Assembly: GCA_000388065.2 (NCBI GenBank)
Contig: KB932203.1
Origin: Fonticula alba ATCC 38817
Lineage: Eukaryota > Protista > Nucleariida
DNA length: 56,984 bases
Direction: 5' to 3' (one strand)
Under the pieces are notes generated by a model. That model had not been told where the DNA came from. It worked only from the letters and a program-made list of their open reading frames with translations, and searched no databases. Both the position numbers and the translations under genes were made by a program. Each line of letters opens with the position of its first letter. Position 1 is the stretch's first letter. Shown piece by piece: positions 9,403-21,380 of the stretch.

Positions 9403-12400
9403 AGGGGGGATGGCAAGAAGGAAGGTGGCCCGGCCGCACATACCGGCTACCGGTGTGGGCGGGGCATTCAACCCCCCTGGCAGGCTGTCCGCCAGGGCAA
9501 GAAGCTCCCCGTACATCAGTCCATCGGTCGCGATCCACGCCTCGAGTAGCATGAGTGTCAGCGAGAGGTGGTCCTGACCGTGCGTGTGGGTTTTTTTTTT
9601 CCGCCGTGAAGGTGCGTGAGAGTGAGGACGGAGCCAGGACGACGGTCAGAAGAACATGCGTGGGCAGGCGGGGCGGCTGGGAGCAGGACGGATGCGCACC
9701 GAGGCCCGGAAGTCCCCTGCGCCGATCAGCTTGCTGATCGAGGCCAGCAGGAGCACGCGCTGCGCCCGGGTCCGGAATAGATGGCCCAGCAGCGGGTCCA
9801 ACACACTGTCCACCGGCTGGAGGCGCGCGCTCCGGGACCTGCGAGATCCCACACAGCCTGCAGGGCGCGAGAAGGGCGGGCATGGGGCGCCGATGTCCGG
9901 GTGTCAGCGCACAGACACATAGTGGCAGGCTGTAAGGCTCCGGGGACGCACCAATGGGGAAGGAGGCGCCCTGAATGGAGCGCTGCAGGCGCCAGATCAG
10001 CGGCAGGGCCACCCGGACGGATGATGGCGCCGCCGAAGCGAGGGCCGGCAGGGACAGCAGTTCCAACGCCCGGGCCGCAATGTCCGGCCGGTGGTCGGTG
10101 AGCAGGGCCACCAGCACCGGCAGCAGCTGGAAGCCCCACGGGGGGGGAGGGGGGGGTGAGTGGATGTGAGGAGGGCACGGAGAGGCGCCGGAGCGCAGGC
10201 ATGCACTGGCCATTTCCGCGCGAAGGCGCACCTCTGTCGTCGGGAGAAGCTGGCGTGCGGCCAGGTGGTCGACAATCCAGAAGCTCATGGGACGCAGGGG
10301 CTCCGCCAGGAGGCATCCCTGGAGGGCCGGCGTGGCCAGGTGCGCAACGGCCCATGACAGGAAGAAGCTGTCCATGCACGCGTGGACCCGGGGCCGGGGC
10401 CGGGGGAGGGAGGGAGGTCAGGGGGCGGGCGGGCGGGCATATGTAAACAACCAACAAGGAACGGGCGCAAGGAAGGGAAGAGGGAAAGGCAGAGAGGCTG
10501 TTCCGCACCCGGGCTCTGCTCTCGCCGGTGTTACATGTGGCCCGTGAAGGGTGCATGGGAGTCAGGAGGAGGTGTTAAAAGCAGGAGTCGATGCCAGACG
10601 CACATGCGCGCGCCTGCATGCCCCCCCCCCCTCCTGTGCTTCACTTGCGAACGGGGTGCCTGACGTACTAGCGCCATAGTTGGCCAGGAGATCCTCGTTC
10701 GTCGGGCGCCGGGGGCCGGCCGGCGAGGCAGCCGCCGTCGCCGCCGCCGCCGCCGCCGCCTCGACCGCGCGTAAGTCATGCTCGAGAAGGTCGCGCGTGG
10801 CTCGCAGGGCAGTCAGCTGGACCCCGGCCGGCGCGGCGCCCGAGAGTGCCCGGCCGAAAAGACCCTGCAGGGCCGGATGGTTGAGGAAGCGCGGCAGACG
10901 CTCCCCCGCCAGGGCACTGGCCCGGAGGAGGGTGTCCCACAGGGTGCCGCGCGGCCCGGCGGCCAGGGCCTCGGTTTGGACCATCTCGGCCGCGGCATAT
11001 ATCACATGTACCAGCATGCCGGCCGGACTGCCGGCAAAATGCCGCGCCAGGACCGAGTCCCCCGGGAGGGCGCCGTCCGGCGCATCGGCCGGCCGGGCCA
11101 ACAGCGCCAGGATCAAAATCCCCCGGCAGGCCCGGGGTAGGTGCTCCGGTGTGAAGACACCGGCCGGGACCGGCGGCGCCGCGGCGCCCGCCGGCCGCGG
11201 GGCCGACAGAGGGCCTGCGGCAGCTGACAAACGGAGGGGACGCTGCTTCGGCGTGGTGCCCGCCGCGACCGGGGGCTGGCCGGGATCCGGGAACAGGTTG
11301 GCTACACCCGAGGCCGACATGGCGGGGTACGGGCGGGCGGGCGGGCGGACGAGCGGGCGGGCGGGCGGGCGGGCGGATAATGCATTGCCAGGTGTCAGTC
11401 ACAGGTCGGCAGGCCCGGCGCACGGGGCGGCCATCCCAAAACGTGGCCAGGGCTGGTGCGTGCCTTCACAGTAGGCCAGTAGATGCCCGACGGCTTGGGA
11501 AGAGCGCCGGCCTCGGGCCAGACTCAGCACGGCCGGCACGGCCGACGCGACGACCTGCATGCCGGAAAGCACCGGCGGCCGGGCGGTGTTGCGGGTGTCA
11601 GATCAGGACGTCACACGGGTCACAGCAGGGACAGGGCGCCAGGACCCGAGGAGAGGGGAGGGGGGGGGGGACGCACATCCGGCGGGCCGGTCACCGCGGC
11701 CACCTGCAGGGCGAGCAGGGTCTGCTCGAAGCCGGGAGGCTGGCGCAGGGCCAGCCCCGGGCTCGCCAGGCGGATGGAGTCAGCCAGGACGGCGAGGGCG
11801 TGGCCCGCGTGAGTTGGCCCGGCCGGCGCACGCAGCCGGGCCAGCAGGGTGGCCAGCATGGGCAGGCGCTGGTGCAGCAGCCCCGGGTGCGTGCGCAGCC
11901 AGGCGCCCAGGAAATGCGCCACGCCGGCCAGCGGCGGCCCGGCTGGATGCTGGCCAGGCTCCGACTTCATGCTGGCCGGGTCCGCGGGAAGCTGGCGCCA
12001 CAGCGCCTCGAAGGACGCCTCGGCCAGGAGCTCCGAGCACCGGGCCAGATGCCGGGACTGCCGGGCAGCCGGATCGTCCATGTCATCGGTCTCCCCGGCG
12101 CCGAGGGCCGCCAGGCGGCTGTCGTCATCCTCATCGCCATCCTCCTGCGCCTCCTCGCCGGCGACATCATCGGTCAGGGGGTCTGGGAGCCGCCGGGCGG
12201 TGGCCGCCGGCGGAGCACACTCGCGGCAAGTGTCGCGCCTGGCCGCGGCCCAGGGATTCAGATGCGCGCCTTCGACCGTGGCATGGCCGGTGCACCGGAC
12301 GCACGGGACGGCTGGCCCGTGCAGCACGGCCGACAGCCCGGCGTGAGCCCGGCCGAGAGCCATCATCAGGAATTGCGAGAAGGCGCCATGCAGCGACGCC

Positions 12401-15400
12401 TCGCCGGGCTGCAGGTCCAGTGTCTCGGCCGCCAGGGCCACGATCCCGGCGCACAGCTCGGCCCGAGCCGGGCCCGTGCGCATAAATGGCGCCGAGGGAA
12501 GCAGAAATCGCTCGAGCGCATCGCACGCGGCATTCTGTCGACGCGTCGGGTCAGACGGGCACAGCAGCGGGGGCAGGGCATTTGGCGTGGGCTCCGGTCT
12601 CCCCCCCCCCCTCTGCCCTCCACCCTCCAGGGCGCCGGGGGCATCAGGCAGGGGAGAGAGGGAGAGGAAGGCGGGGGGGCGGGGCGGAGGCGGACCGCGG
12701 GGCACGCACCACAACCGGCGTGCTGGGATCCAGCATCCGGCGGAGGAGTAGGGCCACCAGTCGTGCGAAGGACACATCCGACGTCGGGTGGGCCAGGAAG
12801 TCGGCCACAGCTTCGGTGGCCGCGCGTCGGACCGGCGGCGATACGTCCTGGCAGGGGGATCGGTCGCGAGAGAACCCCAGACGTCAGTGTCGCATTCATG
12901 CCTTTCAGCAGCCCCGGCAGCAGCAAGGGCCAAGGGAAGGGAAAAAAACCCAGGCGCGAGCCCGCAATGGCAAGCGTACCTGAATGCGCTCGGCCAGAAG
13001 TGCTTGAGCGGCCGCAGTGAACGTACGCCCAGCTGGGCCGGCGGCCGGGTGGCAGAGGGCAGCCGCCGCGCGCCGAACGCCGGACGACTCATCGGCCAGG
13101 GCGGCAAAGATGGCCGCCTGGATGGCACGCTGCCGGGCCAGCTCGGGATGCCGGGCCAGGCCCACAGCTAGTGCCTGGGTGGCCAGTACCCGTGGCCGGC
13201 TCGGGGCGCCGGCCTCGCCGGCGGCCAGCTGGGCCAGGCACAGAGCCGCCTGGAGCCGAAGGTCTGCCAGGAGCGGGTCGCCCTGGCTCGGGCTCAGGCC
13301 CGGGGCCGGGGCCGGGTCCAGCACCACCACGAAGGGAGACACATCGCAGGCCAGTGGCCGTGAAAGGCACAGCAGCCAGGCCCAGCACAGGGGGCTCGAG
13401 TCATCCAGGGCATTATCGGACTGGGACTGAGACGATGATGGCGGCGGCAGCACCACGGCCGAGGCATTCGGCCCGGGGGCTTGCGGGCATGATGCACACA
13501 CGGCCGGCCGGCGCCCGGCCGGCAGGGCCCGATGTAGCATGCCCACTGCCAGACTCAGCTGGAAGCGCCCGGCCGCCAGGGCCAGGAGGCTGCGCGCGTC
13601 GAAGGCCGCGGTGGTGGCCCTGGTGGCCAGGTCCCGGGCCAGTTCCAGCGTCCGCCCCGGGGTCGGCGGGGAGTCGGCCTCCGGGCTGCTGGCGGCTTGC
13701 AGCACGGCCAGGGCCACATCCACCCGCAGGGTGGCCAGCACCATGTCGGGGGTCGCCCACACGCGGCGCGCCAGATGCCCGGCCAGCGGCCCGGCCGCCG
13801 GGTAGCCCGGCTCCCGGCGCAAGACCAACAGTTCGCCGATGACGCCCGGCAGGCAGCTGCCCGGCATGACGGCAGCCGCCTCGGCCCGCCAGGGCCCCAT
13901 TTCCAGCAGGGCCCGACGCAGCAGCGGCAGGTGGTCCCCCGGATCGGAGCCCGCCCCGGCGGACAGGGCATGGCGCAGGGCCGCCGCGGCCAGGCACTCG
14001 GCAAGCATGCGCCCGGTGGCCTCCGGGCACGCCCGACGACCGGGCCGGGCTTTGGGTCCACTGGGCCGGGCCCGTGCACGCGGGTCCCCGGCATGGCCGC
14101 CCGCCCGGCCACAAAGCAGGCAGGGCCCGGCCCCGGGGGCCAGGAGCTCCGGCGTCAGCGGCCCGGCGAAGGCCAGCTGCGCCAGGTGCACCAGCAAGAA
14201 GGTCACCAGCGAGACGGCCGGCCCGGAGCCCGGGGACAGGCCCTCGCCCTGGCTGGTCGGCACGCCGGCTGGCAATGTCGGCGCCCGGTGCCGGTCCCCG
14301 GCGCCCGGGTGGCTGGCGCCCAGCGAGAAGAGCATGGCCCCCTGTAGTGCGGAGCTCAGCAACTCCCCCGGGGGGATGGTGGCCACGGTGGCGACGCTGG
14401 CCGGCCCGGGCGGCAGGGCCAGCGCCAGGCCCATGCTTGCGGCGGCCGAGCGAAGCCCCTCACGCCAGGGGCTCTGGGCCAGCCGGACGGCCCACAGCCC
14501 CAGCCGCTGGGCGGCCTGGCGCACGGCCGGCGCCAGGTCATCCGGCGAACCGCCGAGGGCGAGCTCCCGGCGCCAGGCCGCCCGTCGGACCAGGTCAAAC
14601 ACAAACCCCAAGCGCAGCTCCAGTGCCGAGCCGAAGGCGCGCAGATCGCGCATGAGGCCCCCCACCGGTCCGAGCGGGGCTCCGGCCTGGGTGGCGTCCC
14701 CCCGGCGCGAGGCCAGGGCATCGGCCGCCGCCAGGGCCTGGCAGGTGTCAGCCGCCAGGGCCAGGGCCAAGGCCACGTGCGGCGCCATGGCCGCGTCCTC
14801 TTCCGGGCCTTGGGAGCAGAGCAGCACGAAGGTGCAAATGCTCAGGCACTCCCGCAGGCAGGCCCCGGGCCCGGGGGGCGTGTCATCCCGGGGACAGGCC
14901 GACTCCTCCGGCTCCTCCAGCTCCTCGGCGTGTTCCGATTCCGTGGGCTCCAGGGCGCCGAGGGCCGCCAGGGCGGGCAGCGCGCCGGCTTCGCCCTCCA
15001 CATCGCCGAGCCGGCGGGCAAGGGCAAGCGCCTGTCGCCGCAGCGACCAGGCCAGCCGGACCAGCAGCGGTCGCCGAAGGGCCCGGTCCACCAGCGCATC
15101 GATCGGCTTCGCCCCGCCCGCCAGGGTGCTCAGCTGCGGGAAGACCACCTCCTCCAGACGCTGGATGTCGGCCCGGGAGAAGTGGTCACCGGGAGATTGC
15201 ACCAGGGCGGCGCACAGTCGCGCGAATTCCCCGGCGAAGGCTAGCCACCGGCGCATTGTCATTCCCACGGGTCAGCAAGGGGGCGTGCGTGTCGGGGCAC
15301 CGGCCGGGGCCGGCGACGGTGACAGCAGCGACAGCGAAAAAAAAAAGGCAAGAGGAAAGCGAGGCACATTGGCGCGAGCCGGGAACGCACCAACGGGTCG

Positions 15401-15589
15401 CCGGAGCAGGGCAGCTGGCAGATCCAGCGCCGCGTCGATGTGCTCCGGATGGTCGGCCAGGTCGGCAATCCGCGCGGCCGGGAGCGCCACCCCAGCGGGG
15501 GACGGGTCTTCGGGCCGGCCGGGGAGGTGGCCATCGGCCGCGGCCCCTTCCTCGGCCCGCGGCTGGTCCGGCTCCAGGGGCCGGCGCAT
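9183..15589 (-). CDS. SCC2: Cohesin loader SCC2/NIPBL homolog, about 1646 aa, 12 exons: 15589-15391, 15240-12980, 12847-12710, 12534-11677, 11554-11464, 11301-10669, 10515-10509, 10367-10232, 10126-9952, 9857-9700, 9573-9444, 9337-9183
   Basis: The spliced model is 4941 nt and stays in frame at every junction. ALADESSGVRRAAAAL, AERIQ|DVSPPVRRAA, LLPVLVALLTD and LLGHLFRTRAQR match the NIPBL HEAT segments RLMDNSTSVREAAVEL, IERILDTGISVRKRV, CVPYLIAMGTD and LYSMIRGNRQHRR in the same order. Confidence 0.85.
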
Positions 15590-16300
15590 GGGCAGGGAGC
15601 CGGTGCGGAGATGGAGCGAGGGGCCGAGGGACGCGGAGGAGGCTGTGGCTGGAGCCACGGCAAAGGGTCGTACAGACGGCAGGGAAGGGGGCCGACAGCA
15701 AGGCAGGAGGCGATAGGGCGAGGGCAAGGGCGAGGGCGAAGGGAGGGACGCGGCCGGGGGCGAGTGGTGTGTGTAGTGTGCCGCGCTGTCGTGTGTGTGC
15801 GGCGCGGGTCTCGCCGGCACATCAGTGGGCGTGTGGGCGTGTGTGCCTCACCGGGAGGCACGGACGCCGCGATGGATCGGCACCGTGCTACCCGGCGCTC
15901 TCGATCGTTCCCCTGGTGCGCGAGCGGCTTTTTTAAATTGTATCACGCGCGGCCCGGGCGCCACGCGTGACCCGGGGCAGATCCGTTCTGATGTGGGCAC
16001 ATTCCAGGGCGTCGCCTTTCGTGCCGGCTCATCTCCCGGCGGTCGGCTGTCTGGCGCATTGTTTCCCTCTCCATCTCATGGCGCACGCGCTCCTCCTGGC
16101 GTGCCGGCGGGTGCGCCCCTGTGGCAGTAAATGAGGGGTGCGGCGCGGCGGGGTCGGGGGCCGCGAGCGTGTCCGAAGAGCGTGTGCTATTGCCACATGC
16201 GGAAAGTTGGATGCCGGGGTTGGGGCCTGCCCCGGAAGAGGGCGGGGGGAGCTGCCGGCGGCGCGCGTCTGCGCACCGGGCCAGGGTGGACGGGGGGGGG

Positions 16301-16715
16301 NNNNNNNNNNNNNNNNNNNNNNNNNNNNNNNNNNNNNNNNNNNNNNNNNNNNNNNNNNNNNNNNNNNNNNNNNNNNNNNNNNNNNNNNNNNNNNNNNNNN
16401 NNNNNNNNNNNNNNNNNNNNNNNNNNNNNNNNNNNNNNNNNNNNNNNNNNNNNNNNNNNNNNNNNNNNNNNNNNNNNNNNNNNNNNNNNNNNNNNNNNNN
16501 NNNNNNNNNNNNNNNNNNNNNNNNNNNNNNNNNNNNNNNNNNNNNNNNNNNNNNNNNNNNNNNNNNNNNNNNNNNNNNNNNNNNNNNNNNNNNNNNNNNN
16601 NNNNNNNNNNNNNNNNNNNNNNNNNNNNNNNNNNNNNNNNNNNNNNNNNNNNNNNNNNNNNNNNNNNNNNNNNNNNNNNNNNNNNNNNNNNNNNNNNNNN
16701 NNNNNNNNNNNNNNN
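16301..16715. other. Assembly gap; the others are 23661-23865, 35174-35704, 41206-41236, 46485-46494 and 49899-49999
   Basis: Runs of N, mostly flanked by G or C homopolymers. Confidence 0.99.
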
Positions 16716-16978
16716 GGGGGGGGGGGGCAGCATCCGGGCCGCGCTCCGCAATGTTCGGGCGACCCGGGGCGCCGTCTCCTCCAAAGACCCCCACCGGCCG
16801 GCAAATCGTCGTACTTCTTGTGGCGGCGCCGCGCCAGGCGCCGGGGGCCCGCCCGGCCTGGCCACACCCACCACACCACCGTCTATCTTGACGCCGCCTT
16901 TGCCCCCGACCGCCCCCCCCCCCGTCTCTCTCTCTCTCCCCTTCCCCTTGCCGCCCCTCACCCGCGTGTGTGCCACAG

Positions 16979-18534
16979 CAGCAGCAGCAGCACCGCTATG
17001 AGGATCTGGGTGATCACCGCCCCCAGCCACGTCGTGGTGGACCCGCGCGTCCACCTGGCGTGGCTGCATGCCCGCCGTGCGCGCCTCCTTTCCTCCATCA
17101 TCGTGTCCATCATCATGCTGTTGATCTTTGTTGGCATCTTCGTGGCCTTCATCATCATCTTCAGCGGCTTCATCTGGTTCTTCTTCATCTTCATGTGGGT
17201 TGTCTGCCTGATCAACGTCCTTGTGCGTCGCCGAAAGGCCCCCCCCCCCCTCCCCTCCACCCCCCGACCGGCGGGGGGATATGCACATCGCCGTCCCCTC
17301 CCCCCTCCGCCACTGACCCTCCCCTCCTCCGCCCCTCCCCTGCTTAGGTCTCTGTTTCTCGCTACCGTGCCATCAACCGGGAGATCCACCGCCTGGAGGC
17401 CTCTCTCAACAACCCCGAGGGCCCCGTCATCACCCAGACTACCACCATGCATCCCCCGCCCCCGGGCGTTGTCTATCCCCCGCAGCCGGGCTACCCCCCG
17501 CAGGCTGGCGCTTACCCGCCCCAGGGCCCGTACCCGCCGCAGGGTGCTTACCCCCCGCAGCCTGGCTACCCGCCGCAGGGTGCCTATCCCCCGCAGCCCG
17601 GCTACCCCCCGCAGGGCGGCGAGTTTGTGTCCCCGCCGCCGTACCCTGGTAACTCGTCCCCTGGCTACCCGCCCGCCAGCCCGCCTGCCCATGCTGCCGC
17701 GGCCCCGGCGCCCATTTCCGGCCCGGTACGTGCCCCCCCCCCTCCCCTTTTGGCGGCTGGTCATCCCTTTGCCCTCTCCTACCCGGCATTTTCCCATGTC
17801 TTACCAGCCTCCCCCCCCCCTTTGTTGTCCCCCGCCTGCCTCCGCCCCCTGGACCATGCACCCGCGCTCCCTGTCACCCCCCCCCCCCCGTTGCAGCTCT
17901 TCACCCAGCTGTCCGGCCACGCGGAGGGCATCATCTCCAGCCACCCCCCGGGCTCCCCCGGCCTCAACCAGGCCCTTGTGTCGCTCTTCCACCAGTTCCT
18001 GGCCTCCCCTCCGCCGCGCGAGTCCCTCGGCCAGGTGTCCTCGGAGCACCTCCTCCAGGCGGCCCAGGTGGATGGCCTGCTCAACCGTCTGCTCTCTGTG
18101 TCCGCCGACCTGGAGGCCCGCCGTGCTCTGTGCATCCGCGCTTTCCCCTTCATTTCGGACTACCAGGTGCGTGTCATGCCTCTCCTGTGCTCCCCCCTCC
18201 TCTTCCCGGCCAAGGGAAAAAGAGGAGGGGACGCATGCAGGCCCATATACATGTTTTTATTTGCATGTCTCTGTAGCCCGCGCATGCCTCGACCGCTCCT
18301 GTGGTGCCCCTTTTCTGCGTCATCCCCAAGGGGCGACATGTTCCTCTGACACCCGCGCATCCACATCCACAACTGCCTCGGTTTCTCCCTCTCTCCCTCC
18401 CTCTCTCTCTCTCTCTCTCGTCCCGGCATGCACAGAACTTCGTTGGCATGCTGAACGCCGCCCCGTACCTGAACAAGATGGAGAAGGAGGACGTCATCTC
18501 CCAGCTCCGGTCCACTTTCCCCTCGTACTTCTAA
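16979..18534 (+). CDS. Membrane protein with a hydrophobic hairpin (about 2 TM), eight YPPQ repeats and a helical C-terminal domain (DUF4476-like?). Exons ~16979-17222, 17348-17725, 17897-18166, 18436-18534; 5' end uncertain.
   Basis: Long hydrophobic stretch LLSSIIVSIIMLLIFVGIFVAFIIIFSGFIWFFFIFMWVVCLINVL with coding-type C/G third positions. Three phase-0 GT-AG introns join it in frame to the stop TAA at 18532-18534. Confidence 0.6.
17474..17614 (+). repeat. Coding tandem repeat: eight copies of YPPQ separated by PG/GA/GP/AGA
   Basis: Read directly from the translation VVYPPQPGYPPQAGAYPPQGPYPPQGAYPPQPGYPPQGAYPPQPGYPPQGG. Confidence 0.9.
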
Positions 18535-19181
18535 GGCCCCGGTCCTTTTCCCATGCAGGGCGTCAGGCGACCGCCCTCGGCAGTCTCACCGCCTCCCTAT
18601 GGTGGGCGTGTGCGCCTTATGCATCGCACACGCACACACGCACACACGCACACACCAAAGGAAGCCCGGGGGGAGGAGGCCTCGCAGAACAAAAAGCCTC
18701 CCTTTGTGCCTCGGATGTGGTGCCCTTCACGCCATCGATCTCTTGGGAAACACTCAATATAAAACACACACAATCACAAACGCACATGTGCAGGCGTGTG
18801 TACACGGCACCCGCGGTTAGGCAGAGCAGGGGCGGGAGGCGGGCGGGAGGCGGGCGGGGGTCGTACAGCTGCGCGCGAGCCCCAGGTGGCGCGCACGGGG
18901 ATGCGGCGGCCCACCCAATTCGCCCGAGACACGCCCGCCCCTTGGAGGCCTCGGGAGAAAAAGCGATCCATCGGTGCTGCGGGGACTGGGTAGATTCCCG
19001 GACCCGGGTCGCAGGACGTGGGAGCACCACCAATTTGCCCTTGCGCCAGCTGCCACCTGACGGGGCGTGGGCCGGTTCTCCAAGGGACCGCCGCGCTGGG
19101 GGCGGGGGCATCCATCCGGGCCAAAAGACACCCGGGCCGTTCGCGCCGGGCGGCAAGACAGATCTAGTCACTGCCCCCTCT

Positions 19182-19183
<2 letters not shown>

Positions 19184-19236
<53 letters not shown>
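19184..19236 (+). repeat. 53-nt C homopolymer
   Basis: Read directly from the sequence. Confidence 0.9.
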
Positions 19237-19799
19237 ACCGCAGCGGCGGTGGCATCGGTTGCGCTCGTGTTGTGGGGTGGATGCTGTATTTGGCCAGGAG
19301 GCAGGCCCACCGGGGCTCGGGCCCGCCGCGGCGTTCCTCGCTCCGGCGAGGAGGAGAAGGACCGGCGACCCGGCGCGCGCGCGCGCGCGCGCACATCTCT
19401 CGACCGGAGGCCCTCTCGCCGTCCGCCCCTGGTGGGGTGCCATATCACACCTCCCGCCCCAAACTCCATCCCAACCGGAACAGGGCCGCGGGCAGCTCGC
19501 GAGCGAAGGCACCCGAGCCGTGTGACGCCAGCGCACATCGGGAAATCGGGAAAGAGAAAGAGAGAGAGGAAGAGAGAGAGAGAGATCATTGAACAACCCA
19601 CCAAGCCAGATCTCGTCTGTTCCGGGGTTGCTCTGCCCTTGCCCTTGGGGTCCCTCCCACTCGCCTGCTTGCTTCGCCTGCTTCCTCCCCCCCTCCCTCC
19701 CTCTTCCCTTCCTGTGTAGACGACTGCTCCGATCCCTCCCCCCCCCTCTCTCTCTCTCCCCCCTCCAGCCCTCGGCTCTCCCCTTGTCCGACCCGCATC

Positions 19800-21345
19800 A
19801 TGTCGGCCGGGATGACAGAGACCGCGCGGCCAACCAGCCCTGGAAGCGCCGCCACCACGGCTGCCACAGACTCCCGGTCCTTCCTGCAGACCATCGCCCA
19901 GCTCCGGGCGACACAGCTTTTCCTCCAGCGGAGCACCGCCCCCGGCGACGAGCGCGACGACTCCTCCCTCTCCACGGCGTATGACTACTTGCGGCATGTG
20001 GACTCGGTGGCCCTGTCGCCAGGTCCGGCTGCTGCCGCGGCGGCGGCCGCCGCGGCCATCGCCCCGGCTCTCGGGCCGGCCACCGTGTCGCCGGCGCCGG
20101 GCTCCGCAGGAGGTGCTCCCTCCCCGATGCCCGGTGATCCGGGCGTCGGGACTCCCACCCCGGGCGGGCTGACTCTCACGCTGTCGGGGCTCGGGGCGAG
20201 GCCGGGATCTGCGGCTGCTGCCGCCGCGCCGGCCGGCGAGTTGGACCACGCGTCCAAGCTCGCCGCCGTCGGGGTGGCCTTCGGCCAGTTGCCCGAGCGT
20301 GAGGCGCACCAAGGGCTCAGCTCGGACGGCGCGCACCAGCACCCAGGCGACGGGGACGATGTGGCCATCGGCTTCGTTGAGGACCCGTACGCCATCGCCG
20401 ACGAGGCGGCCTACGCCGACGACCCGCACCACCCGCACTCCCACCACCCGGGGCATCATCATCATCATCACCACGCGCACCAGGCCGAGGCTGATGTCCC
20501 CGGCGGCCTCGTGAGCTTCGTCCATGGGGTGATGGTTGCCCCGGTGCCGTGGGTCCCGTACCCGGCCCCGGCGCCGCCGGGTCCGTCCGAGGGCGGGCCA
20601 TCCTCGGCCCCGGGCCCGGTGCCGGCTGCTCCCGCTGGCCAGCGCCGGGTGCTGCGGCTGACCTCCAAGGACTTGGAGTACCTGATCGGGCCCTTCGTGC
20701 GTGCACTGGCGACTTGCCGGCCCCCGGCCACACGCCAGCAGTCATTGACTCTTCCCCCTCTTCGCTGCCCTCTGCATCTCGCATACATTCACTGTCTGCA
20801 TGCTCCCTCCTGGACGGGGCGTTGCCACGTACGTGCCGGATTTCCCCTGCCGCCCTGCCGAAACGCCTGTCTCTCCCTCTGTGCCTCCCGCTCACACCTG
20901 CTGCCTGCCCCCCCCCCCCCCCCCCCCCCCCCCCGCGCCCCCGGCCTCCAGAGAAGACGCGCAAGGACCGGAGAGACAAGGACCGAAAGCGCCGGCGGCG
21001 GGAGAGGCGCGAAGCGGCTGCCGCGGCCGAGGCCGCCGCTTCCTCGCTGGCTGCCGGCATCGGACCCACTGGGGACGCCGCCAGCTCCGGGCCACAATCC
21101 TCGCCGGCCGTCGGGGTGGCCCCCATCCCCGAGGTACTTCCTTTTGTCCTTCTGTCGCCGCCACCTTGCCCAGCGCCCCCACGCTGACCTCCACCTTCGC
21201 TCCTGCTAGCAGGACCATACCGGCGGCAGTGTGGCCACTCCCGCGCCCGAGATTCGGCCTCCATCCATAGTACGTATCCTGTCGGGGCGTCCGGGCCACG
21301 GCCCTGGCGCACCGAGGTGCACCCACCTGTCCGCCTCCCTCAGAT

Positions 21346-21380
<35 letters not shown>

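Noticed and set aside
10562-11320. The 252-aa ORF as an independent gene
   Set aside because: It is an internal exon of SCC2: the acceptor at 11302 joins in phase and the NIPBL similarity continues on both sides.
16131-19592. The 1153-aa ORF as one protein
   Set aside because: It crosses an N gap, introns and intergenic DNA; only 16980-17222 looks coding in that frame.
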